51,059 nt of DNA, taken from the NCBI GenBank assembly GCA_043820105.1, contig JBDREC010000104.1:1-51059 (forward strand), in the 5' to 3' direction. The notes under the pieces were generated by a model, which was not told the origin of the DNA, did no database searches, and was given only the letters and a program-made list of their open reading frames with translations. Below are positions 9,728-19,968 of the stretch, piece after piece. The first letter of the stretch is position 1. Each line of letters opens with the position of its first letter. A program made the translations under genes and the position numbers. Origin of the DNA: Pseudomonadota bacterium. GTDB lineage: Bacteria > Bdellovibrionota_F > JAHFAK01 > JBDREC01.

Positions 9728-10486
9728 TTGAAAGTATTAAATGCAGCAATTACTGATGTTGGAAAAAAGCGCCAAATAAATGAAGATAACTTCTTTATTT
9801 CAAAGGAAGAAGGTTTATTTGTATTAGCTGATGGAATGGGTGGACACCAGGCTGGTGATATGGCTAGTAAGATAGCTGTTGATACCATTGGAGATTTTAT
9901 TAGAGCGACCTCTAGGGATAAAGAAATCACTTGGCCTTATGATAGAGATGGAAACCTGCCTTATGAAGCGAACCGACTCATTGTTGCAATAAAACTAGCT
10001 AATAAAAAGATTTTTAATACAGCTCGAGAAAAAAACTTAGATGGCATGGGAACAACTATCGCTAGCCTTATTTATAAGGAAGAAAAGGTTTATCTTTGCC
10101 ATGTAGGTGATTCAAGAATATATAGAGTTAGAGACGGTAAAATAAAGCAACTAACATCTGATCACTCCTTACTAAATGATTCTCTAAAGGCAAAATCACT
10201 TACACAAGAAGAAATAGATAATTTTCCTTTTAAAAATGTTATTACACGCGCTTTAGGAATTGAAGATAATGTTGATGTTGAAATGGACAACAAAATGGCA
10301 AAACAAGGTGATTATTATCTTGTTTGTTCAGATGGTTTATCAAACCTGGTACCAGATGATGATATTAAAGAAGTTATTACAAAGCATAAAGATAAATTAA
10401 TTGCAGCCTGCAAAGAACTAATTCAAAGAGCAAATGACGCCGGCGGCAATGATAATATAACTTGCATTTTGGTTCATCTTTCTTAA
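9728..10486 (+). CDS. PP2C-family Ser/Thr protein phosphatase (Stp1/PrpC-like)
   Basis: RQINED, LADGMGGH, GMGTT, HVGDSR, CSDGL, GGNDNIT motifs; TTG start. Confidence 0.93.
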   Translation: MKVLNAAITDVGKKRQINEDNFFISKEEGLFVLADGMGGHQAGDMASKIAVDTIGDFIRATSRDKEITWPYDRDGNLPYEANRLIVAIKLANKKIFNTAREKNLDGMGTTIASLIYKEEKVYLCHVGDSRIYRVRDGKIKQLTSDHSLLNDSLKAKSLTQEEIDNFPFKNVITRALGIEDNVDVEMDNKMAKQGDYYLVCSDGLSNLVPDDDIKEVITKHKDKLIAACKELIQRANDAGGNDNITCILVHLS

Positions 10487-10618
10487 ATAACATGCTTATT
10501 TTATTAAATAATTTCTAGTCATTTTTTATTGCTTGACCTTAAAACCAAAAATCAGTAGTGAAGCTTACAAATTTGTCATAATAATTTTAGATAGTTATTT
10601 CGTTAAAGGGAAATATAT

Positions 10619-11530
10619 ATGAAAAATATTCTCAGATACTTGAGGGCCCCATTTTTTACAGGCGTTATAATTCCGGTATTAATTGGAACAGCTACAGTAT
10701 CCTTGCAAGCACATTCTATAAATATCTGGATTTTCCTAGCCACCTTATTAGGCTGTATTTTCATGCATGGAGGAGCCAATATAATGAATGATTATTTTGA
10801 TACTCTTTCTGGAGCTGATTCAAACAATGCAAAAAGAACAATATTTTCCGGAGGTTCAGCTGTTATTATTAGTGGTGAAGTTACAAAGGAAAAAATGAGA
10901 AACCTGGCTATAATAATGTATATATTAGGTTCTTTATGCGGAATGTTTCTTATGTATAAAGCCTCAAATTTATGGTATGTTGTATTAATACTCGGCCTTA
11001 TTGGCTTTTTACTCGGATTTTTCTATACTTCACCTCCTTTAAAAATAATATATCGTGGTTTTGGAGAATTAGCAATTTTCATAGCTTTTGGCCCACTCAT
11101 TTGCTTTGGCACTTATTTTGTTCAAACATTGGAATTAAGCTTTGTTCCAATATTAATTTCTATTCCAATTGGACTTTTAATTACAATGGTACTGTGGATA
11201 AACCAATTTCCTGATATTGAAGCAGATTCTAAAGTTAATAAAAACAACTGGGTTGTTAGACTTGGTCTTGAAAAGTCAAAAGACATTTATTTAGCCATAT
11301 TTTATTTTGTATTCTTTTCAGTTCTAATTTTAACAATTTTTGGCTTTACTCCTATCAAGTCATTGTTTGTATTTGTTCTATTTCCAATTATCCTTAAAAT
11401 TAATATTGCCTTTCAAAACGACTTAACTTCAGTAAAAAATACAATTCCAATTCAGGCTAAAACAATCCAGCTTCACCTGCTTTTTGGTCTTATTTACGCT
11501 CTTTTACTATTCCTGGGAAGGACTATCTAA
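10619..11530 (+). CDS. menA: 1,4-dihydroxy-2-naphthoate prenyltransferase (UbiA family)
   Basis: NDYFD...GAD, YTSPP..YRGFGE, NQFPDIEADSKVNK motifs; multiple TM helices. Confidence 0.85.
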   Translation: MKNILRYLRAPFFTGVIIPVLIGTATVSLQAHSINIWIFLATLLGCIFMHGGANIMNDYFDTLSGADSNNAKRTIFSGGSAVIISGEVTKEKMRNLAIIMYILGSLCGMFLMYKASNLWYVVLILGLIGFLLGFFYTSPPLKIIYRGFGELAIFIAFGPLICFGTYFVQTLELSFVPILISIPIGLLITMVLWINQFPDIEADSKVNKNNWVVRLGLEKSKDIYLAIFYFVFFSVLILTIFGFTPIKSLFVFVLFPIILKINIAFQNDLTSVKNTIPIQAKTIQLHLLFGLIYALLLFLGRTI

Positions 11531-12489
11531 TGACCCTAAACTCATCAAATATACATCTTGAAAATATCTACGAAAAGATGAGTAAAATTATTTTAAACTC
11601 TGAAAATGACCTTATTAATGAAGCAATTGATCATGTTCTTTCATCAGGTGGAAAAAAAATAAGAGCCCTCTTCCCTATATATTTTGGAAGTTTTGTGGGA
11701 GCTAAAATGGATAAATCCATAAGCTTAGGAGCGATTTGTGAGATCATCCATAATGCTACTTTACTTCATGATGATGTTATTGATTCAACTCAAATAAGAA
11801 GAAACAAACCTGTGTTTAATAAGCTATGGGGAAATAAAAACTCAATCCTATTTGGAGACTATTTATTCTCAGTAGCTATTAAAGAATTAAATGTTTTTGG
11901 TCTGCAAGAGTTGTATACACTTGCAGCTGATACAATAAAAAAACTAGCTCTTGGGGAAATGCTTCAGCTCAAACATCAAAACTCCTTAGCTATTACAGAT
12001 GAAGAATATTTTAAAATTATAGAATACAAAACTGCTTCTTTGTTTATTCTTGCTTCCACATCCATGGCAATTATTGAAAAAGCTGATGATTATAAAATTG
12101 ATTTTTATAATTTCGGCCTACATTTTGGCCTTATTTTTCAAATAAAAGATGATTTAAATGATTACTTTATGGAGCTTGCAAGTAGTGGCAAAGCTAAGTT
12201 TTCAGACTTTAAAAACAAAGTCACTACATTGCCTTTAATTAAATTATTTGAACTGTCTAATAATTCCGAAAAAAAAGAAATTGAAGCTCTATTTAATAAA
12301 GAAGCAATTACTGTAAGTGATGAGATTTCAATACTAAACTTAATGAAAAAATATGAAATAAAAAAAACAATCATAGAAAATGATTTAAATAATAATCAAA
12401 TTATTTGTGAAGAAATATTAAATAAACTACCAGAAAACGAATTTAAGAATGAACTTCAAAATATCCTTAATCAAATCAGAATATTTTAA
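11530..12489 (+). CDS. ispB: Polyprenyl diphosphate synthase
   Basis: GGKKIR, LLHDDVID..RR (FARM), YKTA, FQIKDDLND (SARM); translationally coupled to menA. Confidence 0.85.
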   Translation: MTLNSSNIHLENIYEKMSKIILNSENDLINEAIDHVLSSGGKKIRALFPIYFGSFVGAKMDKSISLGAICEIIHNATLLHDDVIDSTQIRRNKPVFNKLWGNKNSILFGDYLFSVAIKELNVFGLQELYTLAADTIKKLALGEMLQLKHQNSLAITDEEYFKIIEYKTASLFILASTSMAIIEKADDYKIDFYNFGLHFGLIFQIKDDLNDYFMELASSGKAKFSDFKNKVTTLPLIKLFELSNNSEKKEIEALFNKEAITVSDEISILNLMKKYEIKKTIIENDLNNNQIICEEILNKLPENEFKNELQNILNQIRIF

Positions 12490-12571
12490 AATTAATTAAA
12501 TTTGATTTTCACATCGAAAATAATATAATATGCTTACAATTATTAAACTTATAAATAATTAGGATTTATTA

Positions 12572-13243
12572 ATGCAACTGCCAATTATTGAAAAATTCCT
12601 ATCGATCCAGGGTGAAGGAAAAAATTGTGGAAGAGTTTCTTATTTCTTGCGTCTTGCTGGCTGTAACCTAAACTGCACCTGGTGTGACACTAAGTATTCA
12701 TGGAATGAAGATTCAAAAGCTTTAATTCGCAGTGAAGATATTTTATCATTATCAAGAGAAATCAATAGCAATAAAGCTCAAACAATTGTCATTACGGGAG
12801 GAGAACCCTGCCTTTATAAACTGGATGAGCTGATTTCACGAATAAAAAATAAAACCATTGAAATTGAAACTAATGGAAGTATAATTCCATCTTTTGCTAT
12901 TAGTGGTATTGAATGGAGTGTCAGCCCAAAGCTTAAAAACGCAGGTCAAAATGTCGACGAAACAGTAATTCAATTCTGGAAAAACCAATCAAAACTGCAT
13001 ACTGTTTATTTTAAATTTGTAGCAAGAAATGATCGCCATCTAAGTGAAGATTTAAATGAGATAAAAGATCTAGCAGAAAAGTTTCAAATTGATTCTAAGC
13101 TAATCTACGTTATGCAAGAAAGCAGATCAAAAGAAAGCCAACTAAATGACATGTCTGGCTTCATTGAAAAATTATTAGAGTACAATTTCAATTACTCCCC
13201 AAGAATACATACAATTGCCTGGGATGGTATGATGGGCAAATAA
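12572..13243 (+). CDS. queE: 7-carboxy-7-deazaguanine synthase (radical SAM)
   Basis: SIQGEG, RLAGCNLNCTWCDT, ITGGEP, IETNG, VSPK, SPRIH. Confidence 0.9.
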   Translation: MQLPIIEKFLSIQGEGKNCGRVSYFLRLAGCNLNCTWCDTKYSWNEDSKALIRSEDILSLSREINSNKAQTIVITGGEPCLYKLDELISRIKNKTIEIETNGSIIPSFAISGIEWSVSPKLKNAGQNVDETVIQFWKNQSKLHTVYFKFVARNDRHLSEDLNEIKDLAEKFQIDSKLIYVMQESRSKESQLNDMSGFIEKLLEYNFNYSPRIHTIAWDGMMGK

Positions 13244-13276
13244 TAAACCAATAATAAATGAAAAGGAGACCATAAA

Positions 13277-14044
13277 TTGCCACCTAAAAATAAAACAACA
13301 AATAAAAAACCTATTAATAAAGCAAAAGTAACCACATTAAAAAAGACTGCTTTTAAAAAGGTTGAAACTAAAAAACCGCTGACTCCCAAAAAGATCCAGA
13401 ACAAGAAAAAGTTAACAGAAAAAAAACCTCGTGCTAAAAATAAAACTCTTAGTAAAAAAAAGGTGCTTATAAATAAAACTACTACTACGAAAAAAGTTAT
13501 TCTTAATAAGCCTGTGCTTAAGAAAAAACCGCTTATTAAGAAGCCAGTAAATAAAAAGAAACCTGCTTTAGTTAAACCTTTACCTAAAAAGGAAAAACTT
13601 GTTAAAAAAACAAAGCAAATAAAAAGCGCTATAAAGGAAAAAGTTCTTATAAAGAAAAAAACTGAATTGAAAAAAACAACAACCGCGAAAAAAATTACTC
13701 CCAAAAAGAAAACCAAAGAAACGAAACAATTGCCAACAAATAAAACAAAAATAAAAGAAATCAAGAAGGTGCTGCCTGCTTTTGAAATGCCTTATATTGT
13801 ACACGCAGAAGGTGTTATTCCTCAATCATTATTTAACTGGACTGATGAGCTTAAAAGTGATTTAGAAAACAATATAGATTATCTTAATGATACAATTTAC
13901 AAATTAAATGAATATGCAGATTATGATATAATTTTAGGTGTAATGGAAAAATTATATAATTTAAGAAGAAATATTGATAGAAAACTCAGGCTTTTTAGGC
14001 AGAATGAAGCTAAAAAAGAACTTGAAAAAATGTTTAAGGAATAA
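13277..14044 (+). CDS. Lysine-rich histone H1-like protein with helical C-terminal domain
   Basis: ~165 aa K/P/T-rich low-complexity region then ~90 aa ordered helical region; TTG start with AAGGAG RBS. Confidence 0.65.
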   Translation: MPPKNKTTNKKPINKAKVTTLKKTAFKKVETKKPLTPKKIQNKKKLTEKKPRAKNKTLSKKKVLINKTTTTKKVILNKPVLKKKPLIKKPVNKKKPALVKPLPKKEKLVKKTKQIKSAIKEKVLIKKKTELKKTTTAKKITPKKKTKETKQLPTNKTKIKEIKKVLPAFEMPYIVHAEGVIPQSLFNWTDELKSDLENNIDYLNDTIYKLNEYADYDIILGVMEKLYNLRRNIDRKLRLFRQNEAKKELEKMFKE

Positions 14045-14047
14045 ACA

Positions 14048-14314
14048 ATGGAAAAAACCAATATAAAAGAAAAACTTGAAAAGCTGCTTGGTGTTAGAGA
14101 AGCTCATGAAATCATCAAGCTATTAGCAAAAGTTAAATCTTCAGAAGATAACCAAGCTGCCCAGGAAGTGGATCGTATTGCCAGGATAATTAATAAAAAA
14201 ATACCACAAATAGAATATAGATACAAACAGCTTACAGCCAACACTCCTGAAGCTTTAGAAAAAATAAAGGTGCTTGCGTATCTTGTAAAAGATGTGACAG
14301 TGAATATTAATTAG
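14048..14314 (+). CDS. Hypothetical protein
   Basis: 88 aa ORF 3 bp after the previous stop, AAGGA RBS. Confidence 0.6.
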   Translation: MEKTNIKEKLEKLLGVREAHEIIKLLAKVKSSEDNQAAQEVDRIARIINKKIPQIEYRYKQLTANTPEALEKIKVLAYLVKDVTVNIN

Positions 14315-14702
14315 AAGCTGCGATGATCTGAGCCTCTTTTTCTGCTACTTTGACCTTGAAAAATTTTGTTTTTCTTAAATCAATTGTTTTATCAGAAACA
14401 GTTACAGAAACACGATATTCACCTTTTTCATCTGGTGCTATCCAAAGAGCTTTTGAATTATTGATTTCTAAAGGTTTTGGGTTATCTCCAATACTAGACA
14501 ACCACTTAAACTCAAGATTATTTATATTCTTATTTGTATCAATATAAAAGACAATTTTCTCATTTGCTTTAAAAAGTATATCTTCAGTTTTCAAAAAATC
14601 TGTAAATTCAATTAGCTTGAATTCATCAGAAGCACTGAAGGCTGTTAAAGGTATAATACTAAGAAAAAGTATCTGGCTTATCATTTTTGTAATTTTTTTC
14701 AT
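14307..14702 (-). CDS. Secreted protein, possible Ig/PKD-like domain
   Basis: Signal peptide (AFS|A); FKW...WIAPDEKGEYRVSVTVSD resembles PKD/Ig-like strands. Confidence 0.6.
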   Translation of the reverse strand: MKKITKMISQILFLSIIPLTAFSASDEFKLIEFTDFLKTEDILFKANEKIVFYIDTNKNINNLEFKWLSSIGDNPKPLEINNSKALWIAPDEKGEYRVSVTVSDKTIDLRKTKFFKVKVAEKEAQIIAASN

Positions 14703-14716
14703 AATTGCCCCTTTAA

Positions 14717-15265
14717 TCATTGCCTGATCATATTAAGTGTAAAATAACCTTCAATTTCATATCCATTATAGCTATAGATATCTATAGTGCTTTCTTGATC
14801 AGAAGCTAAACCATAAGCTGCATTATTAGGCGCTATCAATGCAACATTTGCATTATTTGAACTTGAAATATTATTAAGACCTTCATTAATTCCTTGCACA
14901 TCAAGATAAAATATAGGTCCAAAAGCATCATCACTAGCTGACATGCTTATTGTTGCATTAGAAATACTTGAATACATACCCACCATTGCATCACTTGAAG
15001 CCTGTGAATAAAATAAAACATCACTACTCATTATTGGCTGAGAATAATCATATTGATTTTCAGGAAACACATGAATATCGTAGATTTCGCCGTAGTATTC
15101 ATATGAAGAATAATAAAAACTTCCTGTTACATAAATTGAATCTCCTAAAACAGTTCCGCTTTGTGAAGCCAAGTAAGAATAATTCTCATTATTTCCGCAA
15201 CTAAATAGTCCCATTAGTACTATTAAAAATATCATGAATTTTAAAGCTATTCTAAGCATTTTCAA
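14717..15265 (-). CDS. Hypothetical lipoprotein
   Basis: Lipobox LFSC, TTG start with AAGGAGG RBS, Tyr/Ser-rich. Confidence 0.7.
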   Translation of the reverse strand: MKMLRIALKFMIFLIVLMGLFSCGNNENYSYLASQSGTVLGDSIYVTGSFYYSSYEYYGEIYDIHVFPENQYDYSQPIMSSDVLFYSQASSDAMVGMYSSISNATISMSASDDAFGPIFYLDVQGINEGLNNISSSNNANVALIAPNNAAYGLASDQESTIDIYSYNGYEIEGYFTLNMIRQ

Positions 15266-15298
15266 ATTCCTCCTTCTTTTTAGATACTAAGATATTAA

Positions 15299-15313
15299 GC
15301 AATTTCTGTGCCA
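15299..15313 (-). promoter_or_regulatory. Sigma54 -24/-12 promoter
   Basis: Minus strand TGGCAC-AGAAA-TTGC, perfect consensus, 33 bp before the lipoprotein start. Confidence 0.8.
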
Positions 15314-15459
15314 ATGAAATTTATCTTAAGTGTCTGTTTTTATTAGGCATCAAATTGAATATTAAAACAAAAGCGCTTATTTATTGCATATTTTCGCGTT
15401 TTTATATATTTTTGAGCAGATTTTACTCATTATACTAATAGGACCTTTTGGAGGAAATG

Positions 15460-18400
15460 ATGAAAAAACTTCTAGGCTTATACCTTATTTTCATGATGAT
15501 CTTTGCTTTTACACAACCATTTTTAGCCTGTCTAGGCTCAGATGACCAAGAGGATGCTGCTGAAAATGGAGAAACTGATGACATAGACACATCAATTCCT
15601 GATGGCTTTGCAAGAATTAACGGCTTTGCAATTCCAGCTGCAATTCCTGGAGCAATTCCTGGTTTATTAAAAAACGCTGAAGACACTGAAAGCTATGTGC
15701 AGGAGGCATCAGTTTATGTTATTGGCCAGGAAACATCAAAAGTTTACACAGATGAAGATGGATATTATTCATTATTAGTAGATACAACTACTAGTCCAGT
15801 AGTTACTTCAAACTATAAAGCCGCGACAGAAACACAATCTTTTGGCGTTGTAATAATAAGTCCTGATAGTAACTATGGCCGCAAATTTGAAGTTGAACTT
15901 TCAATAGGTGATAATTACGATGTTCCTGATATTGAGATTCCAACAACAGGAGTCATTGCTGGAACCGTGACTTTGCAAGGACAAAGTGATCACACTGGCA
16001 TTGATGTATACATCCCAGGAACTTCATTTTCAGCTAAAACAGATTCAGATGGCGACTTTACAATTAGTAATGTACCTGAAGGGCTTTATGATTTCCTCAG
16101 GGCAGAAAAAGACGGTTATAGATATGCTGTGCTTTCTGAAATTCAGGTTCAAAGAGAAGAAACTACCTCTACTGATTCTTTAGAATTGATTTTATCAACA
16201 GGAGCAAGTGGAGCAATTCAAATTAATAGTGGTGATAATATTTCAACATCTCTATCTTGTGAACTGACAATTGCAGCAACTGATGACGCTGTTTTAATGA
16301 TGGTCGCTGAAGATGTTAATTTTACGGGCGGCAGCTGGCAAGCAATTTCATCAACACTTGACCACACCTTTACAGATGAAGGAGAAAATACAGTTTATAT
16401 TAAGTTTGCTGATGCAAATGGACTTGAAAGCTCATATTTTAGTGATTCAATTACAATTATGACAAATCCTACAGTAACACTTTTAACACCAAGCCAAGGT
16501 CAAACAATTGCAGAAACTTTGCCATCATTTGATTGGAGTGACTCACCTCTTTCTAGTTCCACTTATACTTTTATCTTGGCTTCTGATTCAAACTTTTCAA
16601 ATGTTATTAAACAAGTAAGCAGCTTAACATCATCAACTTATACCCTAACAACAGTCCTTGATGATCTGGAACAATATTATTGGTCAGTAAAAATTGTTGA
16701 TGAAGATGCTAATAGTTATAGTTATGCAAGTGCTTATACTTTTTCAATAGACCTAAGTACTGTTACACTTTCAAGTCCAAGCTCTGCTTCAATTACAAAT
16801 GATACAACACCAAGCTTTTCATGGTCAGCAAATGCAAATGCAGCAAGCTATACATTTGTTTTATCAGAATCCTCTGATTTATCAAATCCTGTGGTTCAGG
16901 AAACAGGCATAACATCTACAAGTCACACCTTGACCTCAGCCCTTCCAGATACCACCTCAACAACTTATTATTGGGCTGTAACACCAGTTGATGAGAATGA
17001 GGTTGCAGGCACAAGATCTGATATTTGGAATTTTGAATTAGACAATACAGGCCCAACTGGTTCAGTCACAATTAATAGTGGTGATACAGAAACCTCTAAT
17101 ACTACAGTAAGTTTAACAATTTCAGCAACAGATGAAAACACTGTTAGTTATATGTATATTTCAACTGACGGAACTTTTACAGATGGAGCCTGGGAAGCCT
17201 ATTCAACTTCAGCTACCCTTACTTTTGACGAATTTGTAGCTGATGATAGTGCAACAATGACAGCTTATATAAAATTTAAAGACAATGCAGATAACCTTTC
17301 AGATTCATATAATGACAGCATTGATTTAGCCAGAACTCTTACTTCTGGATCAATTACTTTAGATGAAACCTGGGCTTTAGCTGACAGTCCATTTGTTATT
17401 ATTGGAAATGTGGGAGTAGCAAGTGGTGTTACATTAACTATTGAAGCAGGAGTAGAAGTATTATTTGATGGTGCTTATACAATATTAATATTAGGTGACA
17501 TCACAGCTGTAGGTACAGATGAAAATCCAATTACATTTACTTCAAATACAGCATCCACTTCATCTGGTGCAACAATGTTAAAATATGAACAAACTAATTT
17601 ATCTGATTCTTCTCTTAGTTATCTTGAGATGTCTTATGCAGCAAAAGCAATTCATGTTGGAGATGAAACTGAACTAGAACAAGATCCTACTGAGAATTCT
17701 GGCACCTTAACAATTGGCAATACTACCATTGATAATGCTGAAGTAAGGACTGGTGGTTATGATACAGCCGCTGCCATAGTTTTTAATACACCCACAATTT
17801 CCAACTCAACAATTATTGGTGAATCTGCAAGAAGTGAGCCAATAACTTTCAATAATGGAACAATTTCTGATTCAACTATTGTATCTGACTCATATAATAA
17901 TGGAATAACAATATCAGGTGTGATAGTTTCTGATTCTGAAATGAGAATTGGCTGCTGTGGAGGAAACATAACAATAAACAGCTCTTCAAATATTAGCAAT
18001 ACTCGAATTTATGAATATAGTGGCGCTCCAATTTCTGGTCCACTTGAAATAGATGCTTCTACACTAATTAATGTTAATATTGATTTACCCTATGCTCAAG
18101 TTAATTTTACTGATTCCATGGTTTATTATAATACTTTATATTTAACATATTCTTTTGGAACAAAAATGGGTAACGGAACAATTACTGAATCAGTTTTTGA
18201 TGGAACTTCAGGTATTACTGGCTTTGAAATTACTGGTTCTAATGGATATAGTACAAATGGAACCTGTAGTATTGATCTAGTTGATATAAATGATTTTGCA
18301 ACTGGAATTTATTTAAGCGGGGGATCCGGAGCATTTTCAATAACAGATTCAAATCTACATGACAATACAAGCTATGCTTTGAATAATGGTAAATCCATAG

Positions 18401-18549
18401 GTGTTACAGCTACTGGAAACTGGTGGGGATCAGATGATGAGGCAACAATTGAAAGTTATATTTATGATAATGATGATGATATAAGCCTTGGAGATGTTGA
18501 TTACTTAGGATATTTATCAGCTGAAAAAACCGGCACTGGCCCTCAATAA
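15460..18549 (+). CDS. Large acidic surface lipoprotein/adhesin (carboxypeptidase-regulatory-like, Ig/FN3-like repeats, C-terminal beta-helix)
   Basis: Lipobox FLAC; GIDVYIPGTSFSAKTDSDGDFTISNVPEG; duplicated INSGD...YIKFxD and PSFxWS...YYWxV modules; GVTLTIEAGVEV and ATGNWWG...IYD beta-helix signatures; GGAGG RBS. Confidence 0.85.
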   Translation: MKKLLGLYLIFMMIFAFTQPFLACLGSDDQEDAAENGETDDIDTSIPDGFARINGFAIPAAIPGAIPGLLKNAEDTESYVQEASVYVIGQETSKVYTDEDGYYSLLVDTTTSPVVTSNYKAATETQSFGVVIISPDSNYGRKFEVELSIGDNYDVPDIEIPTTGVIAGTVTLQGQSDHTGIDVYIPGTSFSAKTDSDGDFTISNVPEGLYDFLRAEKDGYRYAVLSEIQVQREETTSTDSLELILSTGASGAIQINSGDNISTSLSCELTIAATDDAVLMMVAEDVNFTGGSWQAISSTLDHTFTDEGENTVYIKFADANGLESSYFSDSITIMTNPTVTLLTPSQGQTIAETLPSFDWSDSPLSSSTYTFILASDSNFSNVIKQVSSLTSSTYTLTTVLDDLEQYYWSVKIVDEDANSYSYASAYTFSIDLSTVTLSSPSSASITNDTTPSFSWSANANAASYTFVLSESSDLSNPVVQETGITSTSHTLTSALPDTTSTTYYWAVTPVDENEVAGTRSDIWNFELDNTGPTGSVTINSGDTETSNTTVSLTISATDENTVSYMYISTDGTFTDGAWEAYSTSATLTFDEFVADDSATMTAYIKFKDNADNLSDSYNDSIDLARTLTSGSITLDETWALADSPFVIIGNVGVASGVTLTIEAGVEVLFDGAYTILILGDITAVGTDENPITFTSNTASTSSGATMLKYEQTNLSDSSLSYLEMSYAAKAIHVGDETELEQDPTENSGTLTIGNTTIDNAEVRTGGYDTAAAIVFNTPTISNSTIIGESARSEPITFNNGTISDSTIVSDSYNNGITISGVIVSDSEMRIGCCGGNITINSSSNISNTRIYEYSGAPISGPLEIDASTLINVNIDLPYAQVNFTDSMVYYNTLYLTYSFGTKMGNGTITESVFDGTSGITGFEITGSNGYSTNGTCSIDLVDINDFATGIYLSGGSGAFSITDSNLHDNTSYALNNGKSIGVTATGNWWGSDDEATIESYIYDNDDDISLGDVDYLGYLSAEKTGTGPQ

Positions 18550-18737
18550 GCAGGCAAATCAATCCCATGAGTATAGGCAATAACATCTAGATTTCTTAAA
18601 GCCTTCCATGTTTCAGCAATAGTTGTATTTACATAAGCACAAGCATGCATCCAAAGGTGCCCATCTTCACCACTTATTAAACTTAGTCTTTCTGGATATG
18701 GATTTAAATCTGAACCTTCTGAACATTGGTCAATGGA
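18543..18737 (-). pseudogene. Start-less gene remnant (64 codons)
   Basis: Open frame SIDQCSEGSDLNPYPERLSLISGEDGHLWMHACAYVNTTIAETWKALRNLDVIAYTHGIDLPAY with protein-like composition, preceded directly by a stop codon. Confidence 0.5.
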
Positions 18738-18754
18738 TTAATACTATTATTCTC

Positions 18755-19513
18755 TTAGCTTTTTTTTAATATGAGTATTTGATTAGGAGAATCAGATTTA
18801 AAACTAGAACTATCAAAAAAGCCATATTCTTTTTTAATTTCAAACCCATTATTTTCTAAAATCATCCTCAGTTCTTGAGGAAAATAATATCTAAACTTAA
18901 AACTTACATTATATTTACGTTTGGGTTTAATAAAATTATGATACCAAAAAACTTCAAAAGTTTGAGCTTTTTTTGAATAAGTTATGGCCTGAGATTTTTT
19001 AAATAATTTGCCAGATTTTGTTTTAAAAACAATTGGCCTATCATCATTTCCCCTAATAAATCCTATCTCATTTTTATCTCGGCAGAAAAATGACATGTCA
19101 AAATTTAAAACATCGACAATGAAATAACTACTATGAAACATATGCTTTTTAACGGTATTTAAACAAGCCTTAAGTTCTTTATCAGTCATTAAATGAAAAA
19201 AAGCATTAAAGGGCATTATTATTGTATGAAATTTTTGATTCAGCTTAAAATTGCACATGTTTTTAATGTAAAATTTTGGTGATTTTTTAAGGTTTTGAGC
19301 TTTTATTTTAGCGGATTTAATAAATTCTATCGAATTATCAAGGCCAACATAATCAAATCCAGTCTCACTTAATGGAATGCCAAGCCTCCCTGTTCCACAT
19401 CCAAGCTCAAGCACGGAATTGCCCGATTTTTGGCAATATTTTTTCCAGAAATTCATATCATAATCAAAGGAATACTCTGCATCATATACTTCAGAATCAG
19501 AATAGTTTTTCAT
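18755..19513 (-). CDS. Class I SAM-dependent methyltransferase
   Basis: VLELGCGTGR, GLDNS, FHTIIMPFNAFFHL, RYYFPQEL. Confidence 0.88.
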   Translation of the reverse strand: MKNYSDSEVYDAEYSFDYDMNFWKKYCQKSGNSVLELGCGTGRLGIPLSETGFDYVGLDNSIEFIKSAKIKAQNLKKSPKFYIKNMCNFKLNQKFHTIIMPFNAFFHLMTDKELKACLNTVKKHMFHSSYFIVDVLNFDMSFFCRDKNEIGFIRGNDDRPIVFKTKSGKLFKKSQAITYSKKAQTFEVFWYHNFIKPKRKYNVSFKFRYYFPQELRMILENNGFEIKKEYGFFDSSSFKSDSPNQILILKKS

Positions 19514-19569
19514 AAATTAAAGCAATCTGTTTATAAAATAAAACGACAGGAAGATTCTCAAAATATTAT

Positions 19570-19719
19570 CTATTTTTTAATTCTACTTTTTTTCTTTTTT
19601 ACTGGTTTTGCTTCTTGAGGAGGTTCAGTAATGACGACTCTCTCAAGCTTTTCTTTTTTAAATCGACCTTTATCCGTTTTTGGTTTAATGAATTTTTCAA
19701 TCAATGTAAATAGTAGCAT
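19570..19719 (-). CDS. Small basic protein (49 aa), below the ORF-track cutoff
   Basis: MLLFTLIEKFIKPKTDKGRFKKEKLERVVITEPPQEAKPVKKKKSRIKK; GGAGG 6 nt upstream of ATG. Confidence 0.65.
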   Translation of the reverse strand: MLLFTLIEKFIKPKTDKGRFKKEKLERVVITEPPQEAKPVKKKKSRIKK

Positions 19720-19916
19720 AACATTCCTCCTTCAATTATTTATTTAATAATTTTATCATACATCTGTTTTATTTGCAAATATTAAGAAGCACTTTATGTT
19801 CGCCAGTAAAAAAAATAACTGCGAGAAAGTATCAGTTTGATACTAAAAACACTTGTCAAAATTCATTATAAAGTTAATTAGCTTTTAATTACAAACAATT
19901 AAAATTAAATAAATTT

Positions 19917-19931
19917 TGGCACATAAAATGC
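19917..19931 (+). promoter_or_regulatory. Sigma54 -24/-12 promoter
   Basis: TGGCAC-ATAAA-ATGC (one mismatch, GG-N10-GC intact), 37 bp before ATG 19969. Confidence 0.7.
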
Positions 19932-19968
19932 AATTCAAATAAGAAAAATCATATTATGGAGCTATATT

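Noticed and set aside
12572..13243. queE as part of a 7-deazaguanine DNA-modification (dpd) island
   Set aside because: No dpdA/tgt-like, folE, queC or queD genes in the window
13192..13825. Hydrophobic Phe-rich minus-strand ORFs (also 43723-44070) that look like membrane proteins
   Set aside because: Antisense shadows of Lys-rich (AAA) coding sequence
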